Below, piece by piece: positions 55,576-64,000 of a stretch of 64,000 bases of DNA (the first letter of the stretch is position 1; the number at the start of each line of letters is the position of its first letter). The stretch lies in the NCBI RefSeq assembly GCF_009914755.1, contig NC_060926.1; one strand, given 5' to 3'. The notes beneath the pieces were generated by a model. The model was not told where the DNA came from. It searched no databases and worked only from the letters and a program-made list of their open reading frames with translations. Origin of the DNA: the human T2T-CHM13v2.0 reference genome, Homo sapiens. Position numbers and translations under genes: made by a program.

Positions 55576-56588
55576 GAAGTTGTAACCCATACTCATTAAG
55601 GACCATGAAAACTCAAGTATTCAGAAAAAAAAAAACCAAAAAAAAAAAACCATCATTACCCTTTAGAGGAGGTATGTGCCCCAGCTCCTCCATAGGACCA
55701 CAGTCATGGACATGTAACTATGGTAAAAATAAACACACAAAATAATCCCTGGCAAATGGGAAAGTGAACGCTCAAACAAACCTCAGAAAATTCCATATTT
55801 TACTTCCATACTTAAAATTATCCCTGTCCCAAGGTCGCATGAGCACTGGATTTCTCTCCTCTGAGGTGGCAGAGAGTCTTCGATCAGATTGCCTCAGTGA
55901 CAGAGTAAGCTCTCAGAGCTTTACCACTGCAGTCTCTGAGCCCTGAGCAGGGCTACTTTAGAAATAATGGCCAGTAGCGGTTGCCTACCTATGGTAAATG
56001 GACCAAAGATTTCTTCCCAGAGAAAGTCCATTTGCTGAAATTCACTCCTTCACTTTCCAATCCTTAACTTTTGAGCAATTGAATCACAGACCAAAATGGA
56101 GTAATTCTCTTTTTTCACAGTAAACTTAGATTACAGAAAGCCCAAAGATAGAATAATTATTTCTCTTTCAAACAAAGAATCTTAATTTAGCAAGAGACAT
56201 TGAGTAGATGCTGAAATGTAAGCAGCTGTTTTAACTAGTACTGGTTTGCAGATTTTTAAAAAAGCTTTATTATTTGAAAAGAAAAAGCTAGCTTAGAGTG
56301 TCTCAAATGTATAGCCTTAAAACCAGTCTTTTTAAAAAGGTGTCTTCCAAACAAGTAATGAAGATACATGTGGCAAAAAGACAAAAAAAGAAAGAAATGT
56401 GGCCAATTTGTATTTGAAGATTTTGATAGAATGTGTTTATAAATTTTTTTAGCTTGAAGACAATGACACCAAATGTTTAAACTGAATAAAATGCATCAAA
56501 CTGTTTTAAAGCAATTCTTCTTCTTTTACCACCTGACAGAATATTCAGCTCAAAAAGAAATTTATCTTGAGATAAGAAGCCACACCCT

Positions 56589-56936
<348 letters not shown>

Positions 56937-57492
56937 TTAAAAAAAAAATTAAAATCTTATATAATAGCAAAAGTCCAAGAGAGAAGATATAACTTTTTTT
57001 CTGCTAAAATATTTATCACCAATTTGTGGGATTCTTTTGGGGTAGTTGAGAGTGTGCAGTGGACATGCATGTAAATTTCAAAAGCTAATAGTAACAAAAA
57101 AACCCTGCATAATAAATCTGGAATATTCATTATTTATCTAAAATTTAAATAATGTGTGTGTATTTTATTCTGAGTGAGAAATACAGTTACTACAGAATGA
57201 AAATTTGAGAATGAGGGGTGTAGCAAATTTAATTACATGCCAGAGTTTGGATTTCTGTGCTAAAAGTAAATAGCTGACTTTAGGTAAATCTTTTGCAAAA
57301 CATGGGATTTCAATGAAAATGTATTACAATTAAAATGTTATAATTAAAAATCTGATATATTTTATGATATGGTTTTTTAAAAGGACTCAATCTGAAAATT
57401 ATATGAATCTGTAGAAAAGTTTCCACTTATACTCTAGGATATGGTTTAAGTATCACATCTACTACATTTTCCAGTTTTTTAAAAAAATTAAG

Positions 57493-57579
57493 TATTCTAT
57501 TTTGATATATTAAATTATATTTGATAAATATTCTATTTTGATATATTAAATTATATTTGATAAACATTCTATTTTGATA
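57493..57579. repeat. 36-bp AT-rich minisatellite (2.4 units)
   Basis: tattctattttgatatattaaattatatttgataaa is identical at 57493 and 57529, with a partial third unit. Confidence 0.95.
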
Positions 57580-57809
57580 AATTTTGATACATTTTTCAAC
57601 ATTTAAATTTCTTTAGAAAGTTACATTTTGTAGAGCACTAAAATAATAGTACTTGTGCTTAACCAAAGGTCCTGGAACCTACACTACTTGGAAATCCACA
57701 CTCGATTTAGCTGTAATTAAGATAAGAACATTAATGGCATATATGAAGTGTTGTTTATATATTGACAGAATTCTCAATAACATAAGTTGTTTATCACCTA
57801 TTCTATGCT

Positions 57810-57980
57810 AAACAATGTCATAGCACTTATGTCTTGATATCACCGTTGTCTGTTTACCTACCTGCTCCTATGAGACAGTGCACTCTTCCAGGTCAGTGCT
57901 AGATGTATTTTCACAGTTTGGATGCGTTGCACAATGTCTGACATGAAATAGCAACTCAATGAACATTTGTTTAATAGACT
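57810..57980 (+). mobile_element. L2 3' end
   Basis: gcacaatgtctgacatgaaatagcaactcaatgaacatttgtt. Confidence 0.6.
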
Positions 57981-59761
57981 AAAAGCCAGAATAGATTCTC
58001 CCATATTACTATAAAGAACCTGAGTCCAGCTGTTTAGTACAGAGCCAGGTCAGAATCATATTTCCATATTTCTATTCCATATCTGTTGCCACTGCTTCAT
58101 GCTGCTTTATGTTTCAATGGTATTGGTGTAAGAGTGAAAACCTATTTTGCACAACAACAAAAAGTTTCTCCCCCAAAATGTTTATAACTCTTCAATAGAC
58201 AAAGCAAACACCCTCGTTAGAGCCATTGCAGGCATATACACCTGTAGGTGGATCAATTCCAATATGCCGCTGCTAACATTTGGTCAATGCGTGTTTTATT
58301 TCACCCCACAGCAGTAAAATGATTCATAGCTTGTCTCAAAAAGATCTGAGGGAGGGTTAGAGGTTGCAGAGATCGAGAAAAATGCCCGTTACTGACAATT
58401 GCTTGATGGAGAGTTAATAGCTGTGTTCAAAGACAAATTGGTGTTATTGAAGATAGAACCAAGCAAACCACAGCCTTGTTTCAAAGCTCTGTGAGCAGTG
58501 GTAAGAAAACTTCCATTCATTAGAGATGAACAGATTGAGTTATACACCACTTGCAATCTAAAAGCAGCTGTGGCACAATGGGACTCACATAATGTCTCCA
58601 GGTTGGTCACTTCCCACAAAAGTGATACAAAAGGTTTACCTTCCCTAGGAGGGAGAGTCACAAGAGGCTCACCCTCCCTTCATTCTGAGTTTCATTTGGA
58701 GTTAGCTTTTGGACAATCTAAGCATGCATGAAAGGGATGAATCACTTTTTCATAATTCTTAATCTTTTAACGTCAACAAGAGCTCCAGGCTATCATCAGT
58801 AACATCCTTTGGTCAGTACAGAAATTTAAAAACCTTCCTGGTAAGTGATCCGGAAAAGAGATTGGATGAGGGGTTCCATTTGATGTGAAATTGTTGCTCT
58901 GAAAAGGTTCTATGAGCTTTGTAGCTCAAAAGGAATATATTCATTTACCTATCTCAAATATACTGATCAAAGTCCTTTCTTCTCCCTTGTATTGATGGAA
59001 AGAAAGGAGGATGGGGGAACACAGAGGGAATGCTGTATTGATCCTAGAATTACTTAAGAACATTACTTTCCCAGAGGGTAATTTTTAAAATGTTCTGTAC
59101 CGTGTTGCATAGTATGGAACTTTTATAAAATGCAGGTGGCTTGGCGGCGGCGGGGGAGGGGGGGAGTTTAATTGTGATGTATGGGGAGTTGTTTTTTTTT
59201 TTCTCCTAATATTTTATTCGGCTTTAAAAAACGTTTGGGTGCAGTTAGGGAACACAGTCCTTCTTTCTTCATTCACAAGTCTGTTTCCTTCTAAGGCCAG
59301 TTCCTTATGCAGAAATCTTCCTTACACTGGGGGAAAGAGGAAGAGGATGCTTCTCCAGAAGACAGAGGCAGTGTGAGGCATGGAAACACTAGACAGTGGA
59401 GTCAGGAAACTTGGGTTGAAAAACCAACCTGCTACTGACTCCTATGGTCCTGGGAAAATTACTCAGCCTTGCCAAGCCTCGGTGCTCAGCATCTGCGTCT
59501 CCTCCTTCTGGGAACCATACTCAGTACGAATTTCACTTGAGAAATCACTCATGGGAAATAACTCTTTCATTATGGTTTGAGTAATGTTGACTTTACCTCT
59601 CTCTAGGGATGGGCCTTGATTAGCAAAAGAAAATGAATGTATTCCATTTTTTTGTTAATGAATCAGAACCAATGTAATATGATGGAGACATTTGCTGTTA
59701 TTCTTGAGAATAGACAATTCCTCTCTTTTGCAGAAGCTACCAGAGTCTCTCTCTTGCCTTG

Positions 59762-60153
59762 TGTATTAGTTTTCTAGGGCAGCCATAACAAAATACCATA
59801 AACGGAGTGACTTAAACAACAGAAATTTGCTTCACAGTTCTGGAGGCTGGAAGTCCAAGATCTTGGTGTCAGCAGGTTTGGTTTCTCCTAAGCCCCTTTA
59901 CCTTGCCTTGCAGGTAGCTGCCTTCTCACTGTGTACTCACATGGTTTTCCCATTCCTGGTGTTTCACTGTGTGTTCAAATTTCCCCTTCTGATAAAGACA
60001 CCAGTTTGATTGGATGAAGGCCCACCCTAATGGCTCATTTTCACTTAATCACCCCTTTAAAAGTCCTATCGTCCAATACAGTCACATTCTGAGGTACTGG
60101 GGGTTAGGGCTTCAGCACATAAATTTCCAAGGGCCACAGTTTATCCCATAAGA
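59762..60153 (-). mobile_element. MLT1A-type MaLR solo LTR, inserted in an older ERVL-like LTR
   Basis: tgtattagttttctagggcagccataacaaaatacc...cacattctgaggtactgggggttagggcttc. Confidence 0.88.
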
Positions 60154-60556
60154 CCTCAGTTAGTGTGGGTGAAGATGTAAAGACAATTACTACAGCCATT
60201 TCACTGCTGTAAGGAGAACCAACCTGAGGATAAAGCTCACCCTACAGATGATACAACAGAATGATAGAAGGAAACCACATCTTTAAATTACATTGTTTTA
60301 TCTTCTAGATTAAACTTTGCTGGAAGCCCAGAACTACTTCTGGATTGTTGAGTAATATGAACTTTCAAATTCCCTTTATTATTTAAGCCAATAAGTTGGA
60401 GTTCTATCATGAACTCAGGACCATTAGTTTAGTCTGGCAACCAAAGGATTTCTAACAGACTCAGTTACCTTGTGTGGCATTGAGTCATTTCAAGAATAAA
60501 ATTGCATGAGATGATTTATTTAAAGTGTTCAGTACGCATTTAATTAAATCTAAAAT

Positions 60557-61440
60557 TTACAATAGCAAAGATATGAAATCAACTTAAATGTCCATCAATG
60601 AATAATTGGATAAAGAAAATGTGGTATAAAACATAAGTGTCCATCAACAGTTGACTGGATAAGGAAAATGTGGTAAATATACACCATGGAATACTACTCA
60701 CTCACAAAAAACAATGAAATCATGTCCTTTGCAGCAACATGGATGGAGCTAGAGGTCATTATCCTAAGTGAACTAACACAGAAAACCAAATACCACATGT
60801 TCTCACTTGTAAGTGAGAATTAGACAACGGATGCACATGAACATAGAGATGGAAATAATACACACTGAGGGCTTCAAAAGGGAGGTGGGTGGCAAGAGGA
60901 TGAGGGATGAAAAATAACCTATCAGGTACAATGTTCACCATCTGGATAATGGGTACACTAGAAGCCCAATCCCCACCAGTACACAATATATTCATATAAC
61001 AAACATGCATATGTACCCTCTGAATCTAAAATAAAGTTAAATTTAAAAAAAAGAAACTTTGGTATAGAAGCACAATGGAATGCTACTCAGCCATAAAATA
61101 GAATAAAATTATGCCTTTTGCAGCAACATAGATGAAACTGGGGGCCATTATCTTAAGTGAAACAACTCAGAAACAGAAAGCCAAATATGGCATGTTCTCA
61201 CTTATAAGTGGGAGCTAAATAATGTTTACACATGGACATAGAGTGTGGAATGATAGACACTGGAGACTCAGAATGGTGGCTGGAGGTGGAAGGGGAGTGG
61301 GTGATGAGAAATTACTTAATGGGTATAATGTACATTATTCGAGTGATGGATACACTCAAAGCCCAGACTTCACCACTATGCAATATGTCCATGTAACAAA
61401 ATTGCACTGGTACCCCTTAAATTTATACAAATGAAAAAAG
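60557..61440 (+). mobile_element. L1PB(4)-like 3' end containing a nested L1PA16/17-like 3' end (60629-61049)
   Basis: Two complete L1 3'UTRs. The inner one is bounded by TSD aaagaaaatgtggtata (60612-60628) / aaagaaactttggtata (61050-61066). Confidence 0.88.
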
Positions 61441-61477
61441 AACTTCCATTCACTGAAAGAAAAAAATGAACAAAATA

Positions 61478-61995
61478 GTATTGATTGTAAGACACACTAC
61501 TGTTTTATGTATCATTAGGAAAGGAAAAAAAACACACCAACTGAACTATGATATGATGACTTATCACTTAAATTTTTAATTTAAACATTAAAAGAGTGCT
61601 TTTAGGCTTACTTAAACATAGGTTTTTTAATTATATAAATTAACTTTTTCATACATGAAAAGGACGATATGAGTAAAATAAATGGGCTAAGGTAAACCTA
61701 AAACTTCTCCACATTCATGGTCATACTATGTGGAATCCCTTTAGAGTTGTGAAAGTCTGTGTTTCCCTCTTGTTCCACAAGAGTGTCTGTGATCCAGTAT
61801 TTCATAAAAGACTGCTCCATGGTGCCCCCAGGACTTTCTTCTAAACCATAAAGTTCAATGTGCATGCACAGGCAGTGATCATTCATTTCATCACAATTGT
61901 TGTCTGTCCAATAGTGATCATTAGATACCTAATGGTTTCAGAGATTTCTTTTTTTTAGAATTTCGATTGTCTTAACTATATATCTGTCTTGTAGG
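61478..61995. mobile_element. Possible Tc2/Kanga-type DNA transposon remnant
   Basis: tattgattgtaagacacac resembles the Kanga terminal motif. The rest is AT-rich and degraded. Confidence 0.35.
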
Positions 61996-62017
61996 CACTG
62001 GATTACACTATCTCCCC

Positions 62018-62160
62018 CTTGTTTTTTTTTTTTTTAGCAGAGTCTCACTCTGTCACCCAGGCTGGAGTGCGGTGGCATGGTCTCAGCTCACAGCAGCCTC
62101 TGCTTTTCAGGCTCAAGCGATTCTCATGCCTCAGCCTCTTGAGTAGCTATATTATAGGAA
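62018..62160 (-). mobile_element. AluJ/FRAM right-arm fragment
   Basis: Poly(T), gagtctcactctgtcacccaggctggagtg...caggctcaagcgattctc, truncated at tattataggaat, which is locally duplicated. Confidence 0.85.
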
Positions 62161-63869
62161 TGTAACTGGTATTATAGGAATCTAATTGTTATTCTAAGAA
62201 TAGAATTTGTATTTCAGTTAATTATTTTTATTTATTTTTCCCCAAAGATGGATGAAAAATTAAATGCAATTATACTTGTATTTGTAGTCACCTATCTATA
62301 CATAATTTATTGGAGACTAATCTTTCTGAAACCTAGAACTTTCTGTGAATATTCTTTGATTTTTGGCACTTAAAGATCATTTATCAAAAGAGTTCATTGC
62401 CATTTGACTTGATCAACATTTAAATTAGGACTCTCCATTCATGCTAAACTTTACTTTGTAGTTGGAGGTTAGCAACACAATAAGATTTGAGAAATGTTAG
62501 GCAAAGTTCTGCTCAAAATGTCCCCCCACAACCCCCACCTCCATTTGCCTCAAGTCTTGGTACGGCATCATAAGAGAGTCCTTCCTTTGGGCTAAGGCGT
62601 TATCCCTCTTTGTATCTTTCATTAGAATGTTCTGGTGTCAGATTATTAGGTCAAGAAAGTAAATTTTGTGGGTTTTCCAGCTCCTAGAATATGGATTTTA
62701 GGCAAATTTTGAAGACAGATTTTTTTTAAACTTAAAAATTTTCATTCTTAGTTTTGCACATATTCTGAGTACATTGTAGACACAGTGAATGGCAAGTTAG
62801 AAGGTCAGAGACTGACTGAGGAAAATATCAGGCAGCAATAACATTAGTAGGTTTCATTCCTAATCTTACATATAATTTGCATATATATATCATATATAAA
62901 ATATTAATTCTATACATTCAACCAAGTATAAATGGAGATTTTAGGGGACCCAGCTTGAACATTACTATAACACTGGGGCTAGACAAGGGTGAGCTGGCTG
63001 GCTGGTGGCTGAGTGCCCCAAAATTTGAAAGGACAGAAAGGCCTCAGGGAGAGGACTCATCTTAAGAGTCAAGCAGTCCAAGGCTGGCCAAGGAACAGAT
63101 CCATAGTCATCATAGGGCCTGCTTGGTATCTTGCCTGCAGGCCCAGTACTCTAGACTCTTGTGGAAAGAGAAAACAGAGTAAATATGCAGATAATTTTTT
63201 TCGCTAACTACTCCATACAATGCATTGGGAAACAGGGCAATACTGTGTCTGCCCTCCTGTGCTTCCATATCAATGCCATGTAGCTTGGTGCTGTGGGGCT
63301 GCAACACATTAGTGGTGGTGCCTGTTGAAAACATTGGAAATGCCTGGAAGAAGCAATGGCACCTGATGGATGTGGAGTATTCAGCAGAGAAAAGATGAAG
63401 AGAAGGAAAAATAGTGGGTGTCACATAGTCTGTGATTGGAATAGCTTGGCAGTTCATGGAAGAAATTTCTTAGAGCCTTCCAGTAATTTTTAGGGGTTCT
63501 TTGTAGAAAGCTGTGGTTCTGAACATGGAGAGAAAGGTCAGGAAAATATGGCTAAGTGATGGAATTTTTGTGGCATAATTTCAAACTGGAAGCTGGTAGG
63601 ATCCTTTGGAAATAGGGATTATGTACACATGTATTTATGAATAACTTTATAGAGCCATTCATTCCTTCAACATTTATTCAGTGTTTTGTAAATGCGGAAA
63701 ATCATGCTAGAAGTATTTTTTAAAAACAGTAGTTTCACAATGAAAAGTGTTGAAAATAAACCTCTATCAGATTTTCTTTGCTGGTGAAACAGGATAGACG
63801 TATCTTTTCCTCAGGAAGCTAGTGGAGTTACCTTTTAAATGGTAACTTTTGGGAAACTGTACAGAGAGC

Positions 63870-64000
63870 TATCTAAGATTGCAGGCCCTGGAGTCAGGCT
63901 GCCTTCTTTGAAGCAAGCTCTGTCCCCATACTTGCTGTGTGGTCATGGGTAAGTTACTCAATGTTTCTGGGCCTCAGTGTTCTCATCCTTTGAAGGGGAA
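63870..64000 (+). mobile_element. MIR
   Basis: ctggagtcaggctgcc...tgtgtggtcatgggtaagttactcaatgtttctgggcctcagtgttctcatc. Confidence 0.8.

Noticed and set aside
57493-57579. 36-bp direct repeats (also 31- and 54-bp ones) as a CRISPR-like array
   Set aside because: They are head-to-tail with no spacers, only 2-3 units, with no cas genes, in primate DNA.

Overview
Primate (most likely human) non-coding genomic DNA, intergenic or deep intronic; the species and locus cannot be fixed from sequence alone. It is a mosaic of interspersed repeats: about 12 Alu/FLAM copies, L1 fragments from L1PA4 back to L1ME, MaLR/ERVL/ERV1 solo LTRs, MIR, L2 and hAT/Tc2 DNA-transposon fossils. Several repeat-free blocks of roughly 0.3-2 kb have enhancer-like motif clusters. 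I find no host protein-coding gene, RNA gene or CRISPR array; the only protein-homologous long ORF is the C-terminus of an L1 ORF2. I see no evidence for a new multi-gene system. The most unusual structures are: (1) a TSD-bounded Alu monomer whose 3' part is replaced by a copy of DNA from 1 kb downstream; (2) a MER41B LTR that lost one of its two STAT1 GAS sites; (3) an L1 inserted into another L1 at its own homologous position; (4) an L1 5'-inversion junction; (5) a cryptic hAT-Charlie transposase fossil; (6) motif-dense candidate enhancers. Subfamily names come from recalled consensus sequences, boundaries of old repeats are approximate, and both need RepeatMasker/Dfam confirmation.
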